NCBI GenBank assembly: GCA_003558085.1 | Contig: PWMT01000127.1 | Span: forward strand, 13,863-77,862 | Direction: 5' to 3' | Source of the DNA: Methanobacteriaceae archaeon | GTDB taxonomy: Archaea > Methanobacteriota > Methanobacteria > Methanobacteriales > Methanobacteriaceae | Length of the DNA stretch: 64,000 nucleotides | Shown: positions 12,032 through 23,710 of the stretch, piece by piece | Numbering within the stretch: the stretch's first letter is position 1 | Layout of the letters: each line of letters opens with the position of its first letter | The notes under the pieces: generated by a model | Database searches by the model: none | The model's input: only the letters and a program-made list of their open reading frames with translations | What the model was told of the DNA's origin: nothing | Program-made: the position numbers and the translations under genes

Positions 12032-12243
12032 TAAATGTTATTTTAGACAGAGTTATATGGGCTTATTTTGATCTTAGTTTACTATTTCATTAGTAGGGAT
12101 AAGTTTTTAAATTAAATCAAATAAATATAATCATAATAAAATTAATTATTTTAATTAGTTAAAGATTTTATTTAAAATAAAATGTAGCTATAAAATTATA
12201 AATAAGAATTGTTTTAAAAAACTGAGATATTGGAGGTATTCAG

Positions 12244-13341
12244 ATGAAAACAACTGTTAGTGTAATAAAAGCAGATATTGGAAGCGTTGCAGGACATGGT
12301 CTGGTTCATCCTGCCTTACTTACAAAAAGTGAGGAATTTCTTCAAAAAGCCAAAGATGAATGATTACTAATTGATTACTATGTTACTAACTGCGGTGATG
12401 ATACAGAATTAATAATGACCCATCAAAACGGGGAAGAGAACGAAGAAATTCATAAACTAGCTTGGGATACTTTTATCGCTGCAACTGAAGTTGCAAAAAA
12501 ACTTAAACTTTATGGGGCAGGTCAAGATCTACTCTCAGATACATTCTCTGGAAACATAAAAGGAATGGGACCTGGAGTAGCCGAGATGGAATTCAAAGAA
12601 AGACCCAGTGATCCAGTAGTGGTCTTCGCCATGGATAAAACAGAACCCGGAGCTTTTAACTTACCCTTATTTAAAATATTCGCAGATCCATTTAACACAG
12701 CCGGTTTAGTAATAGATCCTTCCCTGCACAATGGTTTTGAATTTGAAATATATGACGTAATGGAAAACAAAAAAATATCCATGAGCTGTCCTGATGAAAT
12801 GTATGATTTGCTGGCTCTTCTAGGTACAATTAACCGCTATGTGATAAAACGTATTTATCGTAGAGATGATCATGAAATTGCAGCCTCGGTAAGCACTGAA
12901 AGATTAAATCTATTAGCAGGACAATATGTTGGAAAAGATGATCCAGTAGCTATTGTTCGCTCCCAATCTGGTTTTCCAGCCACTGGTGAAGTAGCCGAAC
13001 CCTTCGCATTTCCTCATTTAGTTGGAGGATGGATGAGAGGTTCACATAACGGTCCTTTAATGCCAGTTGCACATAAAAATGCTTATCCTGTTCGATTTGA
13101 TGGACCTCCTCGAGTGGTGGCCCTAGGTTTCCAAATTTGTGAAGGAGAACTGATTGGTCCGGTGGATATGTTTGATGATCCTGTCTATGATAGATCTCGA
13201 GAATTAGCTTCTGAAATAGCGGAATATATGAGAAGACACGGTCCTTTTGAACCACATAGACTACCTAGTGATGAAATGGAGTACACTACTCTTCCGGGGG
13301 TAATGGAAAAATTTAAAGACCGGTTTGAGGATATTGACTAA
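12244..13341 (+). pseudogene. fbp: fructose-1,6-bisphosphate aldolase/phosphatase interrupted by in-frame TGA at 12361-12363
   Basis: SD GGAGG then ATG 12244 (MKTTVSVIKADIGSVAGH); codon 40 is TGA; same frame continues LLIDYYVTNCGDD and into the 12415 ORF with YVGKDDP and GWMRGSH. Gene identity is secure, pseudogene status is not. Confidence 0.75.
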
Positions 13342-13376
13342 TTCATCAAATATTTTTTTTATTTTTAAAAAATATA

Positions 13377-14078
13377 TTAAACCTCATAACCTCTTTTTTT
13401 AAAACTTAATATTTTTTCTTTATACTTCTTATTTAATATTAGTTTAGGAATATCAACTAGCTTATCAACTTTATCTATTATGGCGCTGTCACTGGTAGCT
13501 ATTATCGCTCCTGATTTATTCCATTCCTTTTTTAAATCATGATCAACTTTTTTAGAAAGTACTGCTGCACCTTCAATTTCGTACTTCCACATATTTTTTT
13601 GGATCATATGTACTAATTTTCCACTAAAACTAACTTGTTGATCAAAAAAGAATTTAACCTTAGCTACGTTATATTTTTTTAAATATTTCAAGATTAATTT
13701 AATGGCCGGCTTGGTTTGAGGTCCTATCTTATATTTGCCGAAAATGGATTCCACATCTCTTATGAATCCATCATCGCTCCACACTAGATTGTGATTATTT
13801 TCTCCTGGTTTTTTAAAAGATCTTAAGATACTTTCGACCGTTATTAGGACATTGTAACCATCAATAATAAGGCACTTTCCTTTTAACTCATCTATTTGAA
13901 CTATTTTTTTCTCTCTTTCCTTTACTTTATCATCAGAAAATATAAGGCGAGATAGATAATTTCTTTCTTTTTTTCCTAAAAGATAATGATTCGATACAAA
14001 CTGCAGAGCCACTTTTTTTCTATAGCCCCGGTTTAATAAGAATCTTAAGTCTAGTTCAGCTTCTTTTAAATTATTCAT
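13377..14078 (-). CDS. DUF434 domain protein (PIN-like)
   Basis: DLRFLLNRGY, IIDGYNVLIT, ATSDSAIID. Confidence 0.8.
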   Translation of the reverse strand: MNNLKEAELDLRFLLNRGYRKKVALQFVSNHYLLGKKERNYLSRLIFSDDKVKEREKKIVQIDELKGKCLIIDGYNVLITVESILRSFKKPGENNHNLVWSDDGFIRDVESIFGKYKIGPQTKPAIKLILKYLKKYNVAKVKFFFDQQVSFSGKLVHMIQKNMWKYEIEGAAVLSKKVDHDLKKEWNKSGAIIATSDSAIIDKVDKLVDIPKLILNKKYKEKILSFKKRGYEV

Positions 14079-14168
14079 AAATAATACTCTTCTATAAAAT
14101 GATAACCTATAAAATAACCAATCTTTAGAATTATTTTAATCTATAACCAAAATATGAAACAATAACAT

Positions 14169-14402
14169 TCATATAATACTATAAATCATTCTAAGAGAAT
14201 CAATCAATCCATGAGCATAAGTTATACATCCAAAAGATGTCATAAAATCTTTTTTTTCGAGATAATACCAAGCATCATCTCTATAACTTTTCGCCCGATC
14301 TAAAATTTCCTTTTCTACTAGCTTAAGTTCTATAGAGTCAATTTCTTTTAAATTTTTGGAGAGAAGATCAATATCTTTGCTTATTCTTTCCTGGTATTCC
14401 AT
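14169..14402 (-). CDS. DUF357 domain protein
   Basis: AKSYRDDAWYYLEK.D..TSFGCITYAHGLID; ATG 14402 follows SD GAGGGGG. Confidence 0.85.
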   Translation of the reverse strand: MEYQERISKDIDLLSKNLKEIDSIELKLVEKEILDRAKSYRDDAWYYLEKKDFMTSFGCITYAHGLIDSLRMIYSII

Positions 14403-14460
14403 GGCATCCCCCTCTAACATTAATTTCCTGGTATTCCAGGGCATCCCTTTCTAAAATTAT
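14387..14460. repeat. 37-bp imperfect tandem duplication (32/37 identical)
   Basis: tttcctggtattccatggcatccccctctaacattaa (14387-14423) followed by tttcctggtattccagggcatccctttctaaaattat (14424-14460). Confidence 0.9.
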
Positions 14461-14488
14461 TTAAAAATCAAACAATTTAATTATATTC

Positions 14489-15058
14489 CTAAGTTTTCAT
14501 GGACTTCCAAGTATGATAAATTCTTTGAGCAACAGTTAAATACCCTAAGATGATTACTAACATAAAAGCTAAAGACATAATTCCTGTACCCAACCAAACA
14601 CTTAAAAAGGCCCCGATCATTATAATAGCCAATCGTTCAGCTCTTTCAGCTATTCCAACACTACAAGGAATACCTTCAGCTTCTGACCTTGCTCTAACGT
14701 AACTTACAGTTAATGATGCGTGTAGTGCCAGTATCCCCAAAATCCAGTTTACAAATCCACCGTATACTATTCCTATTATGATTAAAGCATCTGCCAACCT
14801 ATCAACTGTGGAATCAAGAAATGCACCAAACTGGGTAATGGAAGAATTATTACGTGCCACTGTTCCATCTAAAATATCTAAAAATCCGCTAAGCGCGATT
14901 AGAATGCCTCCCCATAATAAATTACCTATGGCAAAATTATATGCTGATAAAAATGCTATTAACAGTCCCAAAAGGGTAATATAGTTGGGATTAATTTTTA
15001 TTTTATTAGCTAAAGGTGCTAGTAAACCTTTAACGGATGGCCTGAAACGATTAAGCAT
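14489..15058 (-). CDS. pgsA: CDP-alcohol phosphatidyltransferase, probably archaetidylinositol phosphate synthase
   Basis: DILDGTVAR...FGAFLDSTVDR signature; SYVRARSE; ERAER. Confidence 0.88.
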   Translation of the reverse strand: MLNRFRPSVKGLLAPLANKIKINPNYITLLGLLIAFLSAYNFAIGNLLWGGILIALSGFLDILDGTVARNNSSITQFGAFLDSTVDRLADALIIIGIVYGGFVNWILGILALHASLTVSYVRARSEAEGIPCSVGIAERAERLAIIMIGAFLSVWLGTGIMSLAFMLVIILGYLTVAQRIYHTWKSMKT

Positions 15059-15107
15059 AGTGCTACTTTATAAACCTAACTAATATATATTGTGCATAGG
15101 GGATTCT

Positions 15108-15710
15108 ATGGAAATTATTAATATTAACGCTCAAAATCCAACTGAAAAGAAAATTAGTGAAGCATTGGAAGTATTGAGGGAAGGTGGGATTGTATTGTAT
15201 CCTACTGATACCATTTATGGATTAGGAGTTAATATAAATGATGAAAATGCTTTAAAAAATTTATATAAAATCAAAAAGAGGTCCTTACTTAAGCCAGTTT
15301 CAATTTGTGTCTCTAACATGAATATGATTTCTCAAGTAGCTTATTTAGACCTTAATACCAAAAAAAGGATTTCCCCAATTTTACCGGGTCCCTTCACCAT
15401 AATTTTGAAAAAGAAGCCATCCATTTCTTCAACCATAACTGGCCGGACAGATAAAATAGGTATTAGAATTCCCGATATACCTTTATGTCAAGAATTATCC
15501 AGAGAATTCCCTATTACTGCCACTAGTGCAAATATTTCAGGAAAAACTCCAAAAAAATCTGTTAAAGATATTAAAATTCAGTTAGGAGGTGAACTAGATT
15601 TAATATTAAATTCTGGGCCAGTTAAAAATGTTGAACCTTCTACCGTAATTGATTTTACTACCACCCCTCCTAAAATTTTAAGACAAGGAGCAGGAGAGTA
15701 CAGGAAATAA
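15108..15710 (+). CDS. L-threonylcarbamoyladenylate synthase (Sua5/YrdC)
   Basis: YPTDTIYGL, IKKRS, PGPFT, TATSANISG, PSTVID. Confidence 0.95.
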   Translation: MEIININAQNPTEKKISEALEVLREGGIVLYPTDTIYGLGVNINDENALKNLYKIKKRSLLKPVSICVSNMNMISQVAYLDLNTKKRISPILPGPFTIILKKKPSISSTITGRTDKIGIRIPDIPLCQELSREFPITATSANISGKTPKKSVKDIKIQLGGELDLILNSGPVKNVEPSTVIDFTTTPPKILRQGAGEYRK

Positions 15711-15883
15711 ATTAGTATAAATTAATTTTAATTTAAACCATGCTAATAACCAATCTAGTTCATAGGAGAGAAAACGCTTTTACTAATATAAATTACTGCC
15801 CCCTTATAGATAGTAAATATAAGATATTAGAAAATAAATATACTTTAGGATAATATAGTTAAGTAAGATTTTTGAGGAAATTC

Positions 15884-16591
15884 ATGAAACTAGTATCTAA
15901 TCTTAAAAAGGCAACTAAAATTCAAATAGGATGTTCAATTGATAATATTTTAGGGGGAGGAATCGAAAAAGGCACTCTAACTCAATTTTACGGCCCTCCT
16001 GGATCGGGAAAAACAAACATAACCCTTAATTTAGCAGTTCAAAGTGCTAAAAATGGTGGAAAAGTTGTATATGTTGATACAGAGGGGGGTATTTCTATTG
16101 ATAGGATAAAACAAATAGCAGGAGATGAATTTGAACATATAGCTCCCCAGATTATGGTTTTTGAGCCTACTTCTTTTTTAGAACAAGATGAGATATTGAA
16201 AAAAATAGATTCGCTGATGAATATGCAGGGTGAAGAATTTGATTTAATAGTTTTAGATTCAGCTGTTGCCTTGTACCGGTTAAAAGAAGAAAATTCCTCA
16301 AAAATAAACCGTGTTCTGGCAAAACAAATGTCAATACTCTCCCGGATTGCTAGAGAACATGATTTAGCAGTGGTAATCACCAATCAGATATATTCTATTT
16401 TTGATCAAGAAGGAATAGGAATATTAGAGCCAGCTGGAGGTACCATCTTAAAATACTGGAGCAAAGTAATCGTGGAATTGAGTAAAGGGGACATAATAGG
16501 AGAAAGGTGTGCAACCCTTAAAAGGCATAAAAGCAGGGTTGAGGGAATAAAAACTAGATTCCGTATTATAGATAAAGGTTTAGGCAGTTAA
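15884..16591 (+). CDS. radB: DNA repair and recombination protein RadB
   Basis: [26 protein letters not shown]-terminal KRHKS basic patch; no RadA N-terminal domain. Confidence 0.93.
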   Translation: MKLVSNLKKATKIQIGCSIDNILGGGIEKGTLTQFYGPPGSGKTNITLNLAVQSAKNGGKVVYVDTEGGISIDRIKQIAGDEFEHIAPQIMVFEPTSFLEQDEILKKIDSLMNMQGEEFDLIVLDSAVALYRLKEENSSKINRVLAKQMSILSRIAREHDLAVVITNQIYSIFDQEGIGILEPAGGTILKYWSKVIVELSKGDIIGERCATLKRHKSRVEGIKTRFRIIDKGLGS

Positions 16592-16862
16592 AATAATCTA
16601 GTAAAAACCGATTTATAGATTATGATAATATTTTATAGATACTTATAGAATAGACTCTACTTCGATGGATGCTAAATTTTATAAATAAGTGGATTAAATA
16701 TTTAATAGATTTTTTAATAATTAAAATATAGTTTTACTTGGAACTAGAATAGTGCTAAATAGTATCAGGTTAACTGGATAAAATAATTTTATTTCATCTA
16801 GCTAACTCTAGTTTTTAATAATAAAATATAGTATGGAAAAATTTTTCAAAAAGATATTTTAG

Positions 16863-18029
16863 ATGCGTGATAGTATGATTTCACCAAAAAAATTTGCTAA
16901 AACCACCAAATCACCACCTAAAGGCTTTAAAACATCAAATGATTTTTTTAATTTTGTTTTTAAAGACAAGAAAATGATTTGGATGGGTCAAAACACTAAT
17001 CATCTTCTCCAGGATTCATTAATCACGGATGCTATGGTTGAGTGTGTAAATAGTGGGGAATATTGCAAATATCCTCCGCCAGAAGGATTTCCTGAATTAC
17101 ATGAATTAATATTAAATGATTTAGGTTTAGAGAATGATTTTGAAATGATGATCACTGCTGGTGGCACGGAATCTTTATATTTGTGTATAAATGAGATTAT
17201 GAAGGCAGATATGAATATGGTTACCTGTGATCCGGGATATTTAATTATCGATAATTTTGCCAGTAGATTTGCTAATCAAGTTATATCCGTGCCGATTTAC
17301 AATGCTGAATGTAATTATAAATTAACTCCCCATTTAGTTAAAGAGTATATGGATGAGAATACCAAACTCATATCTCTTATAGATCCTTTAAATCCATTAG
17401 GATCTTCTTATACTAAACAAGAAATCAAAGAATTAGCTGAAATAGCCATAGAAAATGATATTTATCTCTTACATGATATAACTTATCGTGATTTTGCCCA
17501 GGATCATCACTTAGTAGCAAAATATGCTCCGGAACATTCCCTAACCATTTACAGTTTCTCAAAAATTTTTGGTATGGCTGGATTGAGAATTGGTGGAATT
17601 ATAGCTAATCCTCACCTTTTAAATTCTATAAGAAAGGTTCTTATCAATGATTTAGGAACAAACGTTTTATCTCAAAAAGCAGCTATAGCTGCTTTAAAGT
17701 CTAAAAGACAGTGGATTGATTCTATAAAAACTCAAACCAGAAATAATCAGCATATAATAAAAAAAGCCGTGGATCAAGTTGATGGTGCTTTTTTACCAGT
17801 ATATCCATCTGATGGAAATATGATGGCTATAGACTTGAAAGAAACAGGTATTGATCCGCAAATTATGGCTGACTATCTATTAGAGAGAAAGATCTTTATT
17901 CGTCAAGGCGCCTATACTAGTAAATTATTTGGGGATCGATACATCCGATTAAGCTTTTCTGTACCCCAATATCAAGTAAAAATCTTTGCTGAAAAATTTT
18001 TAGAAGCCTATGAAGCTTTAAAACTTTAA
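16863..18029 (+). CDS. class I/II PLP-dependent aminotransferase
   Basis: [29 protein letters not shown]. Confidence 0.92.
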   Translation: MRDSMISPKKFAKTTKSPPKGFKTSNDFFNFVFKDKKMIWMGQNTNHLLQDSLITDAMVECVNSGEYCKYPPPEGFPELHELILNDLGLENDFEMMITAGGTESLYLCINEIMKADMNMVTCDPGYLIIDNFASRFANQVISVPIYNAECNYKLTPHLVKEYMDENTKLISLIDPLNPLGSSYTKQEIKELAEIAIENDIYLLHDITYRDFAQDHHLVAKYAPEHSLTIYSFSKIFGMAGLRIGGIIANPHLLNSIRKVLINDLGTNVLSQKAAIAALKSKRQWIDSIKTQTRNNQHIIKKAVDQVDGAFLPVYPSDGNMMAIDLKETGIDPQIMADYLLERKIFIRQGAYTSKLFGDRYIRLSFSVPQYQVKIFAEKFLEAYEALKL

Positions 18030-18178
18030 ATTTTTCTTTTTTTTAAAGATAACTTTTATTTTATTTATTTACATGATTATAAAAATTCATAGTTGTTAAT
18101 TAATAGAGCTATCCTGCAAGTTACTTTGAAAAACCTTCCTAAATTCCATTAAATACATAATCAGTGTATTAAAATTTA

Positions 18179-19954
18179 TTAATCTTGCAGATAGTAATAT
18201 TCGCCTATTTCTTTTTGTTTACGATCTAGGAAACTATTTAACTTGTTAACCCTGGGCCTTTTAGTTTCCTTATCTCTACGGAAGGTTATTCCCACGTCTT
18301 TAAGGAAGCGGTTCATGGAATATCTAAGTTCACTTGGTTTTGTAGCGTGGCCTTCTAAACCAGATTTCCCGTAAAAAACCATGGCCCGGTCTGATATATA
18401 GTCTATGAATACTATATCGTGATCTATAATAATTGAAGCAGCATTTCTACTTTCTATAATTTTTTTAATGGACCTAGCAGTGATTAATCGTTGTTCTACA
18501 TCTAAAAAAGCAGTTGGTTCATCGAAAAGATAAATTTCCGCTGGATTGGATAGGGTTGTTGCTACTGCTAATCGTTGTAATTCACCACCACTTAAGTCTG
18601 TAACCTTTTTTTCTAAAATTTCTTCCAGGAAAAAAGGACGCATTATTTCACTTTTGAAAATATTGGTACCATAGTTAGGGGCGTGGGTATATAAAAATTC
18701 TTCTACACTACCCTCAAATTCAGAGGCTAAGTATTGGGGTTTATAAGAAATAGCAACTTTTTTCTTTATTTTACCTGAGTCTGGTTTGATTACATCAGCT
18801 AACATTTTGGCGAAGGTAGTTTTTCCAATACCATTAGGTCCAAATGCAGTAACTATTTCATTATAATAAACTTCGCCTGCTTTCACATTAAGTTTGAATC
18901 CATCATAATCTTTTTCCAAGGAGGAGTATTCTGCTAGCACAGTACCTTCACCCTCTGGTGTAGGAGGCCTAACTTCAAATTCTATGGCCTTTTTCCTAAA
19001 TCTAATATTTTCTTCACGAAGGAATCCATTAATATATGCATTGATACCTACTCGAACACCTCTCAAGTGCGATACAACCCCATATCCTCCGGATTGACCA
19101 TATAATACATGAACATAATCTGAAATTGCATCAAGAGCTGCTAAATCGTGTTCTATTACTAGTACAGATTTATTTTCCTCAGTTAATTCTCTTATAACTT
19201 TAACTGCATTTAAACGTTGTCTAACATCTAGCCAAGAAGTAGGTTCATCAAAATAGTAGAAATCAACATCTTTTAAAACAGCAGCAGCAATGGCTATCCT
19301 TTGTAATTCCCCTCCACTCAACTTTGATAATTCTCTATCTAAAATGGGAGTTATATCCAGAGTTTCAAGTACTTTTTCCATTACATCTCTTTCATTAACT
19401 TGTTCCAACAAGTTTCTTACTTTTCCTTTTACATATTTAGGCATTAAATCTACCATTTGAGGCTTATGAACCACTGATATCTTTTCCTGTGATAATTGAT
19501 TAAAATAGTTCTGTAACTGAGATCCCTTGAAATAATTTATTATATCCTCCCAGGAGGGTTCTTCCTCATAATTTCCCAGATTAGGTTTTAATTCTCCAGA
19601 AAATATACGTATAATGGTTGATTTTCCAATACCATTAGGACCTAAAATCCCCACCACTGACCCGGGATTAATAGTTGGTAAACCAAATAACTGAAACATA
19701 TTCTGTCCATAACGATGTATGGGATCTTCTAAGGCTTCGGGTAAGTTAATAATAGTAACTGCATTAAAAGGGCATCTTTTGGTACAGATTCCACAACCAG
19801 AACATAATTCCTCAGATATGATCGGTTTTTTTGTTTTCTCATCTATAATAATGGTGTCTTCTTCCATACGGACACCAGGACAATATTCAATGCAAACGTA
19901 ATTACATTTTTTTGGTTGACATCTATCATGATCTAATATAGAAATTCTGGTCAC
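18179..19954 (-). CDS. ribosome recycling ATPase ABCE1/RLI
   Basis: N-terminal Fe-S domain (CQPKKC, CSGCGIC..RCP) and two ABC cassettes; GEYYY end. Confidence 0.97.
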   Translation of the reverse strand: MTRISILDHDRCQPKKCNYVCIEYCPGVRMEEDTIIIDEKTKKPIISEELCSGCGICTKRCPFNAVTIINLPEALEDPIHRYGQNMFQLFGLPTINPGSVVGILGPNGIGKSTIIRIFSGELKPNLGNYEEEPSWEDIINYFKGSQLQNYFNQLSQEKISVVHKPQMVDLMPKYVKGKVRNLLEQVNERDVMEKVLETLDITPILDRELSKLSGGELQRIAIAAAVLKDVDFYYFDEPTSWLDVRQRLNAVKVIRELTEENKSVLVIEHDLAALDAISDYVHVLYGQSGGYGVVSHLRGVRVGINAYINGFLREENIRFRKKAIEFEVRPPTPEGEGTVLAEYSSLEKDYDGFKLNVKAGEVYYNEIVTAFGPNGIGKTTFAKMLADVIKPDSGKIKKKVAISYKPQYLASEFEGSVEEFLYTHAPNYGTNIFKSEIMRPFFLEEILEKKVTDLSGGELQRLAVATTLSNPAEIYLFDEPTAFLDVEQRLITARSIKKIIESRNAASIIIDHDIVFIDYISDRAMVFYGKSGLEGHATKPSELRYSMNRFLKDVGITFRRDKETKRPRVNKLNSFLDRKQKEIGEYYYLQD

Positions 19955-20239
19955 ATTATCACCACAAAATAAATGGATAGTGATTTTTTAAAAATGAAAG
20001 TTTCATCTCTTTAAATTATTCAATTTTTCATGCAAATTAAGTTTTAAGTAGATAGCCTATTATTTTAGACTACTATAATCTTAATGTTTACTTAGAAAGA
20101 AGTATATGTAATAATAATTAAAAGTTTTTAAAAGGGATAAAAATGATTTTAATATGAATTTAAACTAAGCAAATATTGTTTTTTAAAAAAATTAATTTTT
20201 AGATTTATTTAAAAAAATAAAAAAGAAACAGGTCGGAAC

Positions 20240-20446
20240 TTACATTTTTTTTACAGCAAGTTCAACGTCTGATGCTTTAACTGTTTTTCTTCCGGCGTGT
20301 TTTGCCAATTTAACAGCTTCTAAAGCTAAATTTTCACCCATTTCTTCTAAAGCTTTTGCCAAAGCTTCTCTTGCATCATCACTTATTCTCATGGCACCGG
20401 CGTTTTTTATTATTCTCCCAACTGGTGCTATAGGTAATTCAGCCAT
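20240..20446 (-). CDS. archaeal histone (HMf/HMt family)
   Basis: [24 protein letters not shown]...[13 protein letters not shown]. Confidence 0.98.
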   Translation of the reverse strand: MAELPIAPVGRIIKNAGAMRISDDAREALAKALEEMGENLALEAVKLAKHAGRKTVKASDVELAVKKM

Positions 20447-20479
20447 AATATCACCTCAATTTAATCTAATACTCCATAC

Positions 20480-20494
20480 TATTTAAATTTATCG
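20480..20494 (-). promoter_or_regulatory. histone gene promoter (BRE + TATA TTTAAATA)
   Basis: Minus strand reads CGATAAA-TTTAAATA, ending 34 nt before the ATG; SD GAGGTGA. Confidence 0.6.
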
Positions 20495-20710
20495 TTTTTT
20501 TAGCTACATTTGTGACCTATACTTAGTTTCTGACATCATGAAATTTGGTAAATTGATAGCCTTAATCTTCCACATCCATTTGTTATGTCGAAAGAATTAT
20601 AATTTATTTCCCAGCAGATATCCGAAGAACTGATATTTACATTAAAAATAAATATGATATAAGCAGTAAATGAATAAGTAGAAACATTATCCTATTTTAA
20701 AGGTGTAATA

Positions 20711-21052
20711 ATGAAACAAGTTATTGTTATGCGAAGCGATCTGAATATGAGTAGGGGTAAATTAGCTGCACAGGCCTGCCATGCATCATTAGGATCCTTT
20801 AAAAAGACTGAAGATTCTAAATTACGAAAATGGGAAGAAGAGGGTGAAAAAAAAGTAGTAGTTAAGGTTAATGAGTTGTCAACTCTCTATGAGATTTATG
20901 AAATAGCTAAAAAGAGCGGCACTGCTACTTATCTAGTTAAAGATGCCGGACACACCGAACTTGCTAGTTCTACAGTGACCTGCCTTGGAATTGGTCCGGA
21001 TGAAGATGAAAAAATTGACAAGTTAACAGGTGATTTGAAATTGCTTAAATGA
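20711..21052 (+). CDS. pth2: peptidyl-tRNA hydrolase 2
   Basis: [33 protein letters not shown]. Confidence 0.96.
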   Translation: MKQVIVMRSDLNMSRGKLAAQACHASLGSFKKTEDSKLRKWEEEGEKKVVVKVNELSTLYEIYEIAKKSGTATYLVKDAGHTELASSTVTCLGIGPDEDEKIDKLTGDLKLLK

Positions 21053-21127
21053 TTAAAATTAGATAAACCATTCTATTTCTTTAAATTAAATAATACTTTT
21101 ATAATGAAGTTATTTGTAGTTGATAAT

Positions 21128-21784
21128 ATGGAATGGGTAGTTAAGATAGGAGGAAGTTTGTTTCCTGAAAAAGCCATTAACCTAGCCCAAGCTTTATGGG
21201 GTAATGATACTTTAGTGATCTGTGGTGGAGGAAGATTCGCTAATCAAATTAGAGATTATGATGAAAAATTAAATTTTTCAGATACAACTGCTCATGAAAC
21301 TGCTATTATGACTATGGATATAGTAGGTAGACTTTTAGCTGATAAAGTTAAGGAAGCTGAAGCAGTGGATAATTTTTACCAGGCCAAAAAAATATTAAAA
21401 GAGAATAAGCTGCCAATATTTTTACCTTACCATTTAATGCATTATTTGGATCCCTTGGCACATTCCTGGAAAATAACATCTGATTCTATATCCCTTTATC
21501 TAGCTTATATTTTAGAGGCAAAACTTTTAATAGCAACAGATGTAGATGGTATATATACTACTAAACCATCTTTTAAAGATGCTAAATTTATAAATGAAAT
21601 AAGTGCTAAAAAACTACTATCTTTTGGTGAGACATCACTTGATTCTGCTTTAAGTGAGCTTTTAGTCCAATTTGGATATAATTGTCATGTTTTAAATGGA
21701 AAATATCCTGAAAGAGCACTATCTTTAATAAAAGGGAATTATAGCACAAAAGATACAAAATATACGCTTGTAAGAGGAGATTAA
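21128..21784 (+). CDS. amino-acid-kinase-family protein (MfnE-like; substrate not established)
   Basis: [31 protein letters not shown]. Confidence 0.8.
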   Translation: MEWVVKIGGSLFPEKAINLAQALWGNDTLVICGGGRFANQIRDYDEKLNFSDTTAHETAIMTMDIVGRLLADKVKEAEAVDNFYQAKKILKENKLPIFLPYHLMHYLDPLAHSWKITSDSISLYLAYILEAKLLIATDVDGIYTTKPSFKDAKFINEISAKKLLSFGETSLDSALSELLVQFGYNCHVLNGKYPERALSLIKGNYSTKDTKYTLVRGD

Positions 21785-21946
21785 ATGGAAAAAATACAGT
21801 GCACATCTTGTAAACAAGAATTACCTCTGGTAGAACCTTATGTTAAGTTTGAATGTCCTACTTGTGAAGAAATGATCTATCGCTGTGATAAATGCCGCAC
21901 ATTTGCCCATATCTATCATTGCAAATGTGGTTTTATCGGTCCTTAA
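21785..21946 (+). CDS. 53-aa zinc-ribbon protein (HVO_2753-like), absent from ORF track
   Basis: MEKIQCTSC...FECPTC...RCDKCR...[18 protein letters not shown]; this family typically lies upstream of EF-1beta. Confidence 0.9.
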   Translation: MEKIQCTSCKQELPLVEPYVKFECPTCEEMIYRCDKCRTFAHIYHCKCGFIGP

Positions 21947-22129
21947 TTATTAATCAAAAGCTATTTAAACAACTATAAAATAAATATACTATATTTTTTT
22001 CATACTAAAAATATATATAGTATTACTACATAATGGTTGTTATAGAAATTATTGAAATATTAATATTTTAAGCACTTAATGTGTTAACATGATTTTTCAA
22101 TATAATTAACTAGTTTGGAGGTAAAAATT

Positions 22130-22399
22130 ATGGGAGAGGTAGTTGCCACTATTAAATTGATGCCTGAGAATCCTGAAGTAGATCTTGAAAAGATGAAAAA
22201 AGAAGTTGAAGAGTCTATCCCGGATAAAGTAGATTTACATAAAATTGAAGAAGAACCCATCGCCTTTGGTTTGGTTGCTTTAAATGTAATGGTAGTGGTG
22301 GGAGACGCTGAAGGTGGAACAGAAATAATCGAAGATAAGTTAGCTCAAATTGAAGATGTAAGTAACATAGAGGTAACTGATGTCCGCCGACTAATGTAA
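22130..22399 (+). CDS. ef1b: translation elongation factor 1-beta
   Basis: MGEVVATIKLMPE, EEPIAFGLVAL, GDAEGGT; SD GGAGGT. Confidence 0.96.
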   Translation: MGEVVATIKLMPENPEVDLEKMKKEVEESIPDKVDLHKIEEEPIAFGLVALNVMVVVGDAEGGTEIIEDKLAQIEDVSNIEVTDVRRLM

Positions 22400-22400
22400 G

Positions 22401-23657
22401 GTGAGAGATATTTTTGATCTCGTTCTGGCTTGTTTTGTCGGAATTTTTTGTGGTGCGATTACTGGTCTAATTCCAGGTATTCATGTCAATACCGCTGGGG
22501 CCATTACCTTCGCATCATCTGTTTTTCTTTTAAATAAATTATCTCCAGAATTTTTAGCTATTTTTTTAGGGTCCATGGCCATATCCCATGCTCTTTTAGA
22601 GTTTATACCCTCAATTTTACTGGGAGTGCCTGATGAATCCACTGCTTTATCAGTTTTACCAGGTCATAGAATGGTATTACAGGGAAGAGCGCGTGAAGCT
22701 ATTCGCCTGGTAGCTTTCGGTGGTTTTGGAGCAATCTTAATAACTACATTGTCCCTACCATTTTTTATAAAAATTTTACCCATTTTTTATTCTTTCTTAA
22801 AACCTTATATATGGATTTTATTAGTATTAGGTTCATTATATATGTTAATAAGGCTCAATAAAGGTGTTAAAAATTTTTTTTGGTCTTCGGTTCTCTTTTT
22901 GTTTTCAGGTATTATTGGCTGGGTTATGTTAAACGCCCCTCAATCCTCTAACCTTTCTTTAATGTGTTTATTTACTGGGTTTTTTGGAGTTAGCACACTT
23001 ATCTTTAGCATGAATGAAAACACAGTATTACCTTCCCAGATTAAACTTTCAGAATTAGAGCTAGATTTATCATTATTAAGAGCTATTATTTCTGGAGGAC
23101 TTTCGGGTACTATTTTAGGTTTCCTTCCGGGTTTTGGTCCAGCACAGGGAACTATAATTGCACAAGAAATAAGTGGGGCTGGAATTGAAAATAGTTCAGA
23201 ACAATTTTTAACCTCAATTAGTGGTTTAAATACCGCGGACACTCTTTTTTCCCTAATAGCTATATTTTTGATAGGTAACCCCCGAAGCGGTATAGCGGTA
23301 TACATATCTCAAATAATTCATGATTTTTCTTTAAACCATCTAATATTCTTTATATTCGCTTCATTAACATCTGTTTCCCTTTCTCTCATATTATGCTTAA
23401 AAATAGGGGATTGGTTAAGTGATTCACTTCAGGGAATTGATTATAAAAAGATCACCGCAGTAGCAATTATTTTAATGTTAAGTATTATTATAATATTTAC
23501 CCTTTTAGAGAAGGCTAACCTTCCCTTCATGATCTTGGCCCTGATTACTTCTACTGCTTTGGGTCTAATACCTCATTATTTAGGTGTGAGCAAAACCCAT
23601 TTAATGGGAGTTTTGATTGTCCCCGCCATAGTTGTATATTATGGTATGTTTGTTTGA
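22401..23657 (+). CDS. TctA-family (DUF112) integral membrane protein
   Basis: GLIPGIHVNT, EFIPSILLGVPD, LPGH, GNPRSG. Confidence 0.85.
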   Translation: MRDIFDLVLACFVGIFCGAITGLIPGIHVNTAGAITFASSVFLLNKLSPEFLAIFLGSMAISHALLEFIPSILLGVPDESTALSVLPGHRMVLQGRAREAIRLVAFGGFGAILITTLSLPFFIKILPIFYSFLKPYIWILLVLGSLYMLIRLNKGVKNFFWSSVLFLFSGIIGWVMLNAPQSSNLSLMCLFTGFFGVSTLIFSMNENTVLPSQIKLSELELDLSLLRAIISGGLSGTILGFLPGFGPAQGTIIAQEISGAGIENSSEQFLTSISGLNTADTLFSLIAIFLIGNPRSGIAVYISQIIHDFSLNHLIFFIFASLTSVSLSLILCLKIGDWLSDSLQGIDYKKITAVAIILMLSIIIIFTLLEKANLPFMILALITSTALGLIPHYLGVSKTHLMGVLIVPAIVVYYGMFV

Positions 23658-23710
23658 TGCTAGTTCATCCAAATGCTTATTCATACAAAATAAGGATTAA
23701 ATAAATAAAT

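Noticed and set aside
12361-12363. Genome-wide UGA reassignment or selenocysteine as the explanation for the fbp TGA
   Set aside because: TGA ends rplP0, pth2 and pstB at their expected termini; the position looks like Gly rather than Cys; no other in-frame TGA was seen
21606-21806. 66-aa minus-strand ORF
   Set aside because: Antisense to the kinase and zinc-ribbon genes
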